A stretch of DNA of 64,000 nucleotides from Neocallimastix sp. 'constans' (taxonomy: Eukaryota), in contig JBODTK010000116.1 of NCBI GenBank assembly GCA_050613775.1, positions 186,001-250,000 of the forward strand, written 5' to 3'. Below are positions 1 through 23,200 of this stretch, piece by piece. The notes under the pieces are model-generated. The model searched no databases. It was not told the DNA's origin and worked only from the letters and a program-made list of their open reading frames with translations. How positions within the stretch are numbered: position 1 is the stretch's first letter; every line of letters begins with the position of its first letter. The position numbers and the translations under genes are program-made.

Positions 1-113
1 AAGTAATAGCTATTATTTATACTTTATATTATTCAATATAAAGAAATCTTTAAATAGACTATAAGTATAAATTATAGCTATTACTTTTAAATAGAGTATA
101 ATAATAAAACTTT

Positions 114-148
<35 letters not shown>

Positions 149-1268
149 GAATTAAATGATTAATTATAAATTTATTTTTCAATTAATTTATTAGTTTTTA
201 TTTAAAAAATTTATTATTTTTCAACTTTATATATTATTTTTCGTTGTATAACATATTTTTTAAATTATACTACTTATTTTGTTAAGTTCATTCATTTTAT
301 TTTTATTCATATTTTTATTATTTTATTATTGGTCAGCAATATTTAGAGTGATAAAAATTTAAATATAAATAAAATAGAGACTATTAATTTTCATAATTAA
401 TTATTTAATAAATATTATAATGTTTAAAAGAAAGAATATATACTTTTTCAAATTTTTTTTATTATTAAATACTATTTATTATATTTAAAAAAAAAAAAAA
501 ATTTAATACTTTTTTAATCCTTTAATGTATAATGAGATAAACCTGTAATATAGATATGTTGTTTATTTAATTATACACGTTCAAGAAATTTAATAAACCA
601 TAAAACATTATTAAATAAAATTATTCCATTAATTAAAGGAAAGTTCATTTGTATTTATGGGTGTAAAAGAAGTTTACTTTCAATAGAAAGAAGAAAAGAA
701 GAAAAGAAGAAATAAAATTCTTTTATTCTTTTTTTTTTATTTTAATTTAAATCTAATTTTTTTTTTTTTTTTTAATATACGTATAATAATAAGGTTAATA
801 AGGCAATACTAATTTAAATTAAAATTTAATATATTTCTATATGTTAAATATTTAGAAAAATATTTTTTTTAAATATATTAATTATTATATTATTAAATTG
901 ATGTGTTTAGATAATAAAATATAGTTTACATTCAATTTAACAATATATATTAGAATATATTTGTAAAAAATATAAAGAATATAAATATATATATTGTATA
1001 TATTTATATTCAAAAACACATATATATTAGAATATATTAATATAAACGAAATAGATATGTATAAATTATAAATTTAATTTAATATTGTAGTAATATTAAT
1101 ATAAATAATTATAGTAATATAAATGTTTATTCATATTTATATATAAATATTCTTTTTTTCTTTTTTTTTTTTTTATAGTATTTTTATTTTAATTTCTCTA
1201 TTTTAATTTCATTTTTTATAATTATTTTTATACATTGATACACTTAATTATTTAATAACAATTATATA

Positions 1269-3572
1269 ATGATATTGAATATAAAATTATTATTGAGTTT
1301 ATTACTATTTATTTCTGTTGTATATTCGAAAATTTCTCCTTTCGAATATAATGAAATTTCTGAAGATGAAGATGAAAATATTGAAAGTGATTGTTTAGAT
1401 ATTAAAAGTATTTCAGAGGATATAAGATGTTATAAAAATGACAAAGGAGAAGTTGCCAAAATGTTAATATTTATTATTAAATACAATAAAAAAATTTATA
1501 ATAAAGAGAAAAGTTAATATTAAAACTTTTGTTTCATTATTTCTTTATAAATAGAGAAGTTAGACCCGAATCATTCGATGAGAAATTATTAAATTATAAA
1601 ACAATTACAAATATGTATGTATATTTAAAAATTTTTTTTTTTTTTTTTTAATAAATTTGTATTTTTATTATTATTATTATCATTGTAATTTATTATTATT
1701 AATTAATTAATAATGTTTATTTATTATTATGAATTTTTTGTATAGTACTTATACTATTGATATTGAATTGGATTATGAAAAGAGTAAAGAAAAAATATAT
1801 AATGAATTTCCTGAATCTCTTCTTAAATTTTCAAATTTGAAATATTTGTAAATATTATATATTTTATAAATTTTTTACAATGTCATGTATTATTAATTTT
1901 TTTATATTATTTTTATTTTTTATAATTTTTTCTTCTTTTTTTTCTTCATTTTAGAGCTCTTAATTATCATGGATATGAAGAATTTCATACACATAATATC
2001 TACGAAGATCTTCCAATTGATAAAAATTATATTTCAAGACTTCCCAAAACTTTGGAAGAATTGTAAATTAAAATTTTATTATTTATGTTTATATTTGTTA
2101 TTATTATATAATTTAAAATTTTTATTTTAATATTTAACATTTTAATTATTTTTTTTCTTTATTTTATATTATAATTTTTAAAGATCTTTATCTCATATAG
2201 ATTTGAAACAATATAATATCGATGAAATTGCTTCTTTAAGTAATCTTAAAGCTTTGTAAATATTAATAAATTAAGTTTCAAGTTATATATATTAAACGTT
2301 TTTGCTATCTATTTAATATATTTTTTTTTAAAAAAAAGTACCTAGAAAGAATTTAAATATTGAACTAATAATATTTTCTCTTTAATATATATTAAAAATA
2401 TGATAAAAAATAAAGAAATTTATTTGATTGCAATATTGAAAATGTGAAATTTGATTCATTGGAAAACAATAATATCTCAGAATTGTAATTATATTTTTTT
2501 ATTATTATAAATAATTAAATAATTATTATTTTTAATAATTCTTAATTTTTCTATTGATAAATTATGTATTAAATTAAAACTCATTATTATCATTATAAGA
2601 CGTATTTATTATTCGTCAGGCAAATTCTATCGCTATCATTTATTAGAAAAGAATATTTTTAAATATTTCAAGTCTTTAAAAAAATTGTAAATACATATAT
2701 ATTTATAAATATATAAATATATAAATAAAAATTTAATATTATATATATATATATTTTAAATTTATCATTAACATAATAAATATGTTAATTAATAATTATA
2801 GATCTATAGATGGAGTAGAAATTTCACAAGATAACATTAATGAAATTGGTACTTTAACCGATATAGAAGAACTGTAATTTTTTTTTAATTTAATATTTTA
2901 TATATTAATAGATATTATATAAATTATTTTTAAATTAATTTATGTATAAATTATTAACAAATATATTTATATATATATATATATATTATATTATATTTTT
3001 TATATTATTATTTATGTGTGGAAAATCGATGTTTAATTTTATATTATTATTATCCTTATTTAATATAATTAAATTTTTTTAAATTAGTAATATTAAACTT
3101 CATTCTAATTTAAAGCTTGATCCTTTACAAAATTTAAATAAGCTTTCTGTTGCGTAAGTATTTATGTATTAAATTTTATTATTGTTAATTATTTTTTAAT
3201 TATTAAAATATTCTAAAATATTATTTTTGATTTTTAAAAATATAATTTAAACAAAAATAAAATTTCATGTATTCTGAGAAAAAAAAAAACCTTTTTCTTT
3301 ATTAATTTATAATTATTGATATTAGTAATATAGAATATTATGAGAGAAATATGGATGATAGTGAATATGAAGATGAAATTGAATTAGTTTTGAACTTAAA
3401 ACTCCCAACAAATATAAGAGAATTGTATTTATTATTTTTTTTAAGAAAAATCTTTTATAAATATATCTTAATAAATAAAAATTATTTAAAATAAATATTA
3501 GTAATTTAATATTAATAAAATATATTGTTTTTCTTATATATATAAATATATGTATAAATATATATATTTATA

Positions 3573-3609
<37 letters not shown>

Positions 3610-6600
3610 GTTTAAATAATATTTAAATAAGGTATCTTGAAAATGTAAAATTGTCACAATCTAATTTAGACCTTATATCTACTTTTAAGAATCTAGAAAA
3701 ATTGTAAAATAAGATAATTTATAAAATCTATAATATATATATATATAAATATAAAATATGGATAAATATAAAATTAATATACATTTTAATGTAGAATAAT
3801 CTATGTAGAGTCATCTTTAAAATATGATTCATTAAAAAGTCTTAGCAAACTTACAGATTTGTATATATTATATAAAATATTTATAATTGATATAATCCAA
3901 ATTTAAATATCTAATGATTTACAATTATTATTATTTATTATTAATTGTTATTTTTATTATTTTTATTATTAATATTTTTTACCATTATCCTTTTTATAGG
4001 AAAATTATTAATTATTATAAACCATTGAATTTGAAGATTCCAAAATCTATTAAAAATTTGTAATTAGAAATAGAATAAAATATTATTAATTTAAAAAAAA
4101 AAAAATATATGTATGCAAATTAATATAAATATATATATTATATATATTGATTTTTTAAAAAAGATATTTAATTGATGTAAATTTATCTCAAGAAAATATT
4201 GATGAAATAAGCACAGCTAATATTGAAAAATTGTAAATCATATATTATTTATTATTTAATAATAATATTAATAATCTATAATTAATCTTAATTAATACTA
4301 TTAATATAGTAGAATTATTTTTATTTATGGATTAGAAGCATATTAATATATTTATTATCATTATTATTTACTATTTTTTTAAATTTATCATAGATCATTA
4401 GTGGAATGCTATTTTGCCAATGATATTAAATTTGATTCATTTAAAACCTTGAATCTTAAAAAACTGTATTTATTTTGAATTTTTATTTATTAAAAATTAT
4501 TAATAAGATAGATAAATTATTATAAATAATAATATAGTTTAAAATAATTAACATATATCTTTATTAATTAATCTTCTTTCTATCTATCTATCTATCTATT
4601 TATCTACCTATCTACCTATCTATCTATATTTAATTAATTATATTAATTATTAATTTAATATAATATAAATTTTAATTTTAAAATAGTTCAATTGTATTTC
4701 CATTTTATAATGATGAAGATAGCGAGGATAAAAATTACGGAAAACTTAAAGAAATTCCTGAATTATTCTATTCATTTAAAGATTTAGAAAAATTGTTTGT
4801 ATTATATATATATATATTTATATCATATTTTACATTTATATTTATATTATATTCAATATATGTAATTGTTCATAATATATTTATATCGTATTTATTTAAT
4901 ATATTTTTATTATTTATTCTTTATATATAGATATATTAAAAAACAAAGAATAACTTCTCTTTCTAATAAAATTGGAAATTTAAAGAATCTTAAAATTCTG
5001 TAGGTTTATTTTTTTTTAAAAATTATTTAATTTTTTATTATTATTTAATAATGTATTTTATTTTTCTAAAAAAAAAAAAAAAAAAAAATGTTGTTACTAA
5101 ATAATTATTTTTATTTATTATTTAATTTTATTAATAAATGAAAAATATTTAATATTCTAAATAACCATTATTTATTAAAAATGTAAAATAGTAATTTAAG
5201 ATATAATGATATTGAAAATCTCCCAGAAGAAGTATCTAAACTTGATAATCTTGAAATTTTGTAAATTTTCAGTATATATATATTTATAATTCATTTATTT
5301 ATTTAACTTGTTTTAATAAATCTTTTTTTTTTTTTTTATATTAAATAAAAATTTTATAAAAATTTTTTTTAGAGATTTATCACATAATAAAATATATGCT
5401 GATCTTCCAGAATCTTATAATAATTTATCTAAACTCACTGAAATGTATGTATATTTTTAATTCTAATTATTATTAATATTATTAATTTATGATTATCATA
5501 AAAAAAAAAAAAAAAAAAAAAAAAATTATTTTATTATATATATAAGAATTTAATTATTAATTATTATTAAATATATTTGTATTTATAGTGATTTAAGTGG
5601 AAACTTAAACATAAGAGGAAAAACTTTAACTAATGAAAGTTTAAAAGAATGTTACTATAGTGAAAAATATTATCTTTGTAAAGCTAAGGATATGGATTGT
5701 TTAGGGGAAGATATTCAATTTGAAAAGTGTTCTAATAGTAATAGTAGTAGATGTGGAAAAGATGATGGTAAATGTCCAAATGGACAATGCTGTAATAAAG
5801 AGGGATATTGTGGAACAGATGAATCGTATTGTTCCTTGGAAAAAGGATGTCAAAATAATTATGGTTTATGTGATAATGAATGCAATGAAATAGAATACTA
5901 TTTAAAAAAGAAAAATATTGATACGCGATTTATGGAATGTTCTACTGATAGTGAAGGAAAAGTTACACACTTGTATGTATATAGTATAATATATTAAAGA
6001 GATATTATTTATAATCATAATATATATTTAATATGAATTAATTAAAATTTATTGAAAAATTTTTTATCAATAATTATAATAATTTTTAAATTATAATCTA
6101 AAATAAATTATTAACTATAAAAATATATTATATAAATTCATTGAATAATATATATATATATACAATTTTCTGTAGAGATCTTAGTAGAGTGAATTTACAT
6201 GAAGAAGATTTCAAAAAAGTAATTTCTTATGATACAATTAATTCATTGTAAGTTTTTATCTTTTATTGTACAAATTATATATATAATTAAATAATAAAAT
6301 AAAAATTATATATATTATTTATTAAAATTTATTATTTTTTATCTTTTATATATTATAAATATTTAATTACATAACATTTATTATTTAATATTTATAAATA
6401 AATTATTTTATATGAAACATTATAATTATTTATTTTAATTTTAAAATATTCTTAGAATTTATAACGAATGTTATCTAATTAACGATAATGATATTGAACT
6501 ACAAGAAATTTCTCAAATGAAAAACTTAAAACATTTGTAAATAATACTAATAATATAATACTAATAATATAATATATAATTAATAATATTATATATATAT

Positions 6601-6666
6601 AAATATAAATTAAAAAAGTAAAATTAACTAATTTTATTTATAATATAAATATATATATATATATAT

Positions 6667-6697
<31 letters not shown>

Positions 6698-7947
6698 TGA
6701 ATAAAATTTAAATAGAGAGCTATGGAACTTTGTTTATCTTAAAAGTATTACTCAACATAATATTGATTTACTTTCAAATTTAACAAATTTAGAAGATTTG
6801 TAAGTTTTATATTTCTATAAAATTATAAATATTCTCTATTATTTTAAAAGATAAATTAATATAATTAATTTTTACAATGTTTTATTAATTTAAATTTTGT
6901 TATTCTATTATCTTAAAATAATAATAATAATATAATAATATTTATAGAACTTTTGGGTTTTGTGAATTTGAAAGTAATGGAGTTAGCTTAAAACCATTGG
7001 AAAATTTAAAAAAATTAAAAAATTTGTAATTCCTAAAAAGTTTTTAATTAATTAATTAATTAATTATTTATTTATAATATAATATATGTTTCTTATTTTT
7101 ATTAATATAATAAATATAAAATTTATTTATTATTTATTATACATATATAATAATAATATAATCTATATTAATTTTAATTTTAATATTAATGTTTGAAAAG
7201 AGCAATTAATTCAGGTGAAGAAAGAGAACCTATTGAATTTCCATCCAATATTCCATCCTTAAACAGTTTGTAAATATAATTTTTAAAATAAATTATACTA
7301 TATAATTCTTATTTTTGTAAACATTAAAATAAAATAATTCAACATTTGAATTTTTAAATAATTATTTTTATTATTAATTTACAAATAAATTATAAATAAA
7401 ATTTTATTTTATTTTATTTTATTTTTTTTTTTAAAAAAAAAAGAAAACTTCATATTGAGTTAACTCAAGAGCAATTCAATGACATTACTTCTTTAACAAA
7501 TCTTAAAGAATTGTAATATTGAATATATTAAAAATATAATAAATAATTTTTAAAAATATTGAAGTAATTTATACATATTATTGTAATAATATTAATTAAA
7601 ATATAAAAATAAATAAATTTAAAAAATATATAAATTTTCTTTCCTTTATATAGATATCTTGGTACTAGAGATTATAATTCATTTCCATTAAATCTTGATA
7701 AATTAAAAAATCTCAAGAATCTTGAAGTTTTGTAATTATTTTTATTTAATAATTTTAAAGTTTATAAATCATTTTCTATAATTAAAAAACTATTATTAAC
7801 AATACATTATATAATTATTTTATTATTAAAATTTAATAATAACTATAAATAGGTTATTAAATGCATCATTTAATTTATCAGAATTCCCGGAATCAATATA
7901 TTCTTTAACTCATTTAAAGAATTTGTAAATATTTTTATTTTATTTTT

Positions 7948-8000
<53 letters not shown>

Positions 8001-8638
8001 AAAGGTTAATATATATAAATATTTCAATACTTAAATGCTTAATATTAATATATTATTTTATGTTAAAATTAATTTAGAACACTAACAAATAGTGAAATCA
8101 CCAGTTTCCCAAAGAAATTAACCAAATTAACAGATCTTAGATATATGTAATTTCATAAACTTATAAATAGTTTTAAATATAAATAAATAATAAATGAAAA
8201 ATATTATTAATAATATATATTTATATATATATATAAATAGAGATTTCACTTTTAATAAATTTAAAGAAATTCCTGATTCTATTGGCTCATTAGAAAATCT
8301 TGATACATTGTATGTAAATATACTTTCAAAAAAAAAAAAAAATTTTTTTTTTTTATTTCTTTAAACTTTATCATCTTTATTTAAATTGAAATTTATTAAT
8401 TAATAAATATCAATGAACTATTTATTTATAATGTATTTAGAAATTTATATATGAATGATATATCTAAAGTTTCTGAAAAATTAAATAATTGTAAGAATCT
8501 TGAATATCTGTAAGTTGAATAATAATAAATAATATATTATATATTTATTTAATTTTGTATTATTATAAAAAATATATTAATATTTATATTTAAACTTAAT
8601 TATTTACTTATATATGTATATGATATTTACTTTTAAAT

Positions 8639-8677
<39 letters not shown>

Positions 8678-10403
8678 TTTCATTAAATATAAATAATAAA
8701 TAAATTCATTAAAATAATAATAATAATAATATTAATAATATTAATAATATTAATAATATTAATAATATTAATAATATTAATAATATTAATAATAATAACA
8801 ACAACAATAATAATAATAATTATAAAAATAAAATCAAATAGAAATTTAAATGGTAATTCAAAAATTAAAGGTAATCTTCCTAATCTTGAAAACCTTGAAA
8901 AACTTAGGAAGTTGTAAGTGTAAAAATAAGTATAATATATATATATATATATATATAAATGAAATTTTAAATTTATATTTAAATTTAAATATTTAAATAT
9001 CTATTAATAAATATATTGTAATAATATTAATAAATCATATGATTGTGTTATTCATAATATAATATCTTTTAATTTAGGGAAATTTATAAAATTGGTCTTA
9101 CTAAATTCCCAAAATGGATAGGAAATCTTAAGAATCTTGAATATCTGTATATATTAAAATGATCAATATAATTTTTATATTTATAAAAAATATTAAATAG
9201 AAATTAATATTTTTTATTATCTATAATTATTTTAATTTATTTAAATATTTTAAAAATAAAAGTGATTTAAATTCTAATAATATCGATGATGAAATTCCAG
9301 AATCATACAGCTTATTATTAAATCTTAAATATTTGTAAGAGTTTATTTAAATACTTATTTATAACTAATTATATAAATTAATAAAATATATATATTATTT
9401 ATAATACTTTATTTTTTATTATTTGTTTATAACTTTATATATTTATAATGCTTAATTATATCATTTGTTTATTTATATTTAAATATTTATAATATTTTTT
9501 TTTTTAACATTTTATTTATTCATGATTAGCTCATTAAATGATAATAAAAATGTTTCTGGAAAATATTTAACTAATCCGTCATTGGAAGAATGTTCATATG
9601 ATGATATTGAAAATAATAAATTATGTAAAGAATCAGATATTAAAATTCCATGTCTTGAGAATGCTTATGAGAGTGATTATGACAAAATAAAAATCTGTGA
9701 ATCTAATACCAAAAAAACTTCTAATTCTAAAACAACAATTAAAGGAAAAAGTACCACTACTATCACTATTACTACTACTACTACTACTACTACTTCTCCA
9801 TCTACTTCTACTACTACTACTACTAAGAAAGAAAATAATAGTAAAACTGCCACTACTTCTACTACTACTAATACTACTACTAATAAGAAAAAAATTAATA
9901 GTAAAACTACCACCACTTCTACTACTATAAAGACAACAACAAAAACAAAAACAACAAATATACCTGTTGCCACTAACAAAGAAGGAAAGTGTGGTAAAAA
10001 TTATGGTAAATGTCCATCTGGTGAATGTTGTAGTAAATATGGTTATTGTGGTACTTCTTCTAAATATTGTGATATTTCAAAAGGTTGTCAATCTGAATTT
10101 GGTAAATGTACAAAGGATGAAGATAAAAGAAAATGTGGTAAAGGATATGGTAAATGTCCATCTGGTGAATGTTGTAGTAAATATGGTTATTGTGGTACTT
10201 CTTCTAAATATTGTGATATTTCAAAAGGTTGTCAATCTGAATTTGGTAAATGTACAAAGGATGAAGATAAAGGAAAATGTGGTAAAGGATATGGTAAATG
10301 TCCATCTGGTGAATGTTGTAGTAAATATGGTTATTGTGGTACTTCTTCTGCTTATTGTTCCAGTTCTAAAGGTTGTCAATCTGAATTTGGAAAATGTAAA
10401 TGA
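1269..10403 (+). CDS. Secreted multi-LRR / chitin-binding (CBM18, hevein-like) protein, copy A; 35 exons, ~1288 aa
   Basis: Manual GT-AG splicing gives one open frame of 3867 nt. Exons: 1269-1462, 1555-1614, 1746-1847, 1955-2062, 2184-2255, 2416-2484, 2600-2686, 2802-2873, 3088-3153, 3326-3424, 3632-3703, 3795-3860, 4000-4059, 4164-4232, 4394-4465, 4687-4794, 4931-4999, 5192-5260, 5373-5444, 5589-5972, 6176-6247, 6456-6536, 6716-6799, 6948-7025, 7201-7269, 7444-7512, 7654-7731, 7853-7924, 8078-8146, 8241-8309, 8441-8509, 8842-8913, 9078-9146, 9263-9334, 9530-10403. It has a hydrophobic signal peptide and LRR exons such as LDLSHNKIYADLPESYNNLSKLTE and LNLRYNDIENLPEEVSKLDNLEI. One internal CBM18 (CGKDDGKCPNGQCCNKEGYCG) is followed later by a Thr-rich linker and three C-terminal CBM18 repeats (CCSKYGYCG). 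Confidence 0.88.
9990..10400 (+). repeat. Three near-identical 144-nt coding repeats encoding CBM18 domains
   Basis: tgtggtaaa...tatggt starts at 9990, 10134 and 10278. The 48-aa unit carries the 8-Cys hevein pattern. Confidence 0.92.
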
Positions 10404-10544
10404 AAAAGAAGAAACAACTTCAACAGTACAATATATTAATATAACCCTTTTAAAAAGAAAAAAATTGCAAAAAATAAAATAGTAGAAGTATAAGTAAAAA
10501 TAAATATGAAAATAAAATAAAATTACAATATAATAAATAATTAA

Positions 10545-10578
<34 letters not shown>

Positions 10579-10586
10579 GTGTAATG

Positions 10587-10623
<37 letters not shown>

Positions 10624-11082
10624 TAATAATAAAAGTAAATGAAAATATTAAAATATATACAAAAAATCTTTCAAATTTTTTGTATTAGTTATCTATTCAT
10701 TATTATTATTTATTATTATTATTATTATTATTTTAAATTATATTATAATATTTATTAAATATTTTATTTTTATTCATATTTTGATAATATTTTATTATTG
10801 ATTTATTATTTTTTATATCATAAAAATTATATATATATTTATATATTTTTTATTATTCATTTCATAATCTTAATCTTACTTTTTTGATTATTACAATTAT
10901 TAATGAAAGTATAATAGTAATGTTTTAAATTATTAAAAATAATTTAAAATATTTTATCATTATATATTTATTAATAAATTATATTTATAATATATATTTA
11001 TAATTTTTTTTTTATTTTATTAATTATTTATTTAATATTCAATTATTTTATAATTATTAAACTAAAATTAATTCTTAATCTA

Positions 11083-11121
<39 letters not shown>

Positions 11122-11324
11122 CTATTATTATTTTTATATAATTTTATGTTATTTAGATTTAAAATTTTTTATTCATATATTAAATCTATTATTATTTTTT
11201 ATTTTTATATGAAAGGTATATTAAAAGATATATAAAGATATATTAATATTATTTATAGGAAATAATAAAATAAAAATATATAAATAAATAAATAAATATA
11301 AAAATAATAAAAAAAAAAAAAATA

Positions 11325-11365
<41 letters not shown>

Positions 11366-12207
11366 TTTTAAATTATTTAAAAAAATTTTTTTGAAAAAAA
11401 TTTTCATTGTGAATTATTATTATTTTTTATACAAGACAGGATCTGTATCATAACTTTTTAATATAATTAGAGTTTAGTTTTATACATATAATTTTTAGTA
11501 AGTAATGAATTAGAAAAATATAAAATTTAAAAAATGAAATAACATCAAAGGTAAATATATAACATTTTCCTTTTTTTTTTTTTTTTTTTTTTTTTAATAA
11601 AAACATGTTGCATTTGTTTAAAATAATCATTTTATATAAATGAATAATAAATATTTATATTTTTTTTATATAAGAATAATAATAAAAATAAAGAATTTTT
11701 ATAATTTCGAAGTTTATTTTCATATTAAATGCTATATTACTACCTTAATTATCTTTAGTTTTAATTATTTTGAATAAAAACATCATGGAAAAATAATAAA
11801 AAAAAAATAAAAATAATAAAATAATAATAATGACAAATAATAATAATTGATAAAAAATTAATAATATATTATTTATTAAGATTTTAATTATAATAATAGT
11901 TTGAAAATAATTTTTATTTATTTATTCTGTAATTAACTTCATTAAAAGAAAGAATAATTTTTATAAATAATTTCACTAAATTATTAAATGTGTAAAAAAG
12001 TTAAGATTTCAAATAATATATAAGGAATAATATTCACTATTTAATTTATTAATAAAATTTCATTATAATTTTATATAACTTTAAAAAATATAAATTCTAA
12101 TACATTAATTATTTACATTTTTTCAATACTTTAATAATTTTAAATAATTCTTTATCAACAATAATAATGAATAAAATAAATTAAAAGAAAAAAAGCTTTT
12201 TCATATA

Positions 12208-12238
<31 letters not shown>

Positions 12239-12626
12239 ATTGGTTAAATATAGGAATAATTAATTATTGATAATGAAAGTTCTGTAAAGAATTTTTATAT
12301 ATTAATTTTTTTTTAACATGATCCATGGATTAAGTTCATTTTTTTTATTTTTAAATTAAATTAATTTAATTAATCTTAAATAGTTTTTATTTAAAAAATT
12401 TATTATTTTCAACTTTATATATTATTTTTCGTTGTATAACATATTTTTTAAATTATACTAATTATTTTGTTAGGTTCATTCATTTTATTTTTATTCATAT
12501 TTTTATTATTTTATTATTGGTCAGCAATATTTAGAGTGAAAATTTTTAAATATAAATAAAATAGAGACTATTAATTTTCATAATTAAATTAATTACTTAA
12601 TAAATATTATAATGTTTAAAAGAAAA

Positions 12627-12657
<31 letters not shown>

Positions 12658-12698
12658 TATTTTTCATATTTATTTTATTATTAAATACTATTTATTAT

Positions 12699-12740
<42 letters not shown>

Positions 12741-12882
12741 TATTTAATACTCTTAATGAGATAAACCTGTAACAAAATTAAATAAAATTTTTCCATTGAT
12801 TAAAGGAAAGTTCATTCGTATTTACGGGTGTAAAAGAAGTTTGCTTTCAAAAGAAAGAAGAAAAGAAGAAATAAAATTCTTT

Positions 12883-12920
<38 letters not shown>

Positions 12921-13298
12921 CGTATAATATTAAGGTTTATAAGGCAATACTAATTTAAATTAAAATTTAATATATTTCTTTATGTTTAAGACTAAGAAAA
13001 AAAATTATATATTTAAAAATACATATATATTAGAATGCATTAATATAAATGGAATAGGTTTATATAAATTATAAATCTAACTTAAAACAGTAATAATAAT
13101 AATAATAATAATAGTAATATAAATATTAACTTAAATATTTATATGTAAATATTATCTTTTTATCTTTCTTTTTTTTTTTTTTTTTTATATTTATTTTTTT
13201 TTATTTTAGTGTTTTATTTTAATTTTTCTATTTTAATTTCATTTTTTCTATTTATTTTTACACATTGATACACTTAATTATTTGATTTCAGTTTTATA

Positions 13299-22290
<8,992 letters not shown>

Positions 22291-22428
22291 ACCACAGTAC
22301 AGTATAGTAACATAAACCCTTTAAAGAAGAAAACAATTATTGAAAATAAAATAATAGGAGTATAAATAAAAATAAATATGAAAATAAAATAAAATTACAA
22401 TATTATAAATTATTAAAATAATAATAAT

Positions 22429-22466
<38 letters not shown>

Positions 22467-22681
22467 GTAAAAAGTAAATGAAAATATTAAAATATATACA
22501 AAAAATCTTTCAAATTTTTTATATTTTCTATCGATTTATTATTATTATTATTTTATATTATTTATTAAATATTTTATATTTATTTAAGCTTAATTATATT
22601 TTATTAATGATTTATTATTTTTTATAACATAAAAATTATATTTATATTTTATATATTTTTTTATTATTCATTTCATAATCT

Positions 22682-22712
<31 letters not shown>

Positions 22713-23169
22713 GATTATTATAATTACTAATGAAAATATGATAGTGAAGCTTTTTTTTATTATTATTTTTATATAATTTTATATTATTTCAATATAAAAT
22801 TTTTTATTCATATAATAAATCTATTAATATTTTTTTTTTTTTTTATTTATATATAAAATGTATATAAAAGATATATAAAAAGATGTATTAATATTATTTA
22901 TAAAAAATGATAAAATAAAAAATTCAAAAAAAAAAAAAAAAAAAAAAAAAAAATAACCTTTTATTTACTTTTACGTTTTAAATTAAATGGGGAGTGTGCA
23001 TTTCGAAAATTTTTATTACATAAATTTGTATTTTGTTGTATGGCTTAAATATTTTTAATTTTAAGCCACTTAATTTTATTAAAATTTTAATGAATAATAA
23101 TTAATTAATTAATTATAATAAAATCCACAATTACTATTTTTTATAATATATGTACTTCAATAACAAAAT

Positions 23170-23200
<31 letters not shown>

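Noticed and set aside
1269..1517. 82-aa ORF (also 13299-13499, 5692-5997, 17758-18063, 9522-10403, 21499-22251) as stand-alone genes
   Set aside because: They are exons of the spliced LRR-CBM18 genes read into or from intron sequence.
9677..10482. Val- or Leu-rich overlapping and antisense ORFs (also 21654-22315)
   Set aside because: They are alternative-frame shadows of the (ACT)n stalk and CBM18 repeats.
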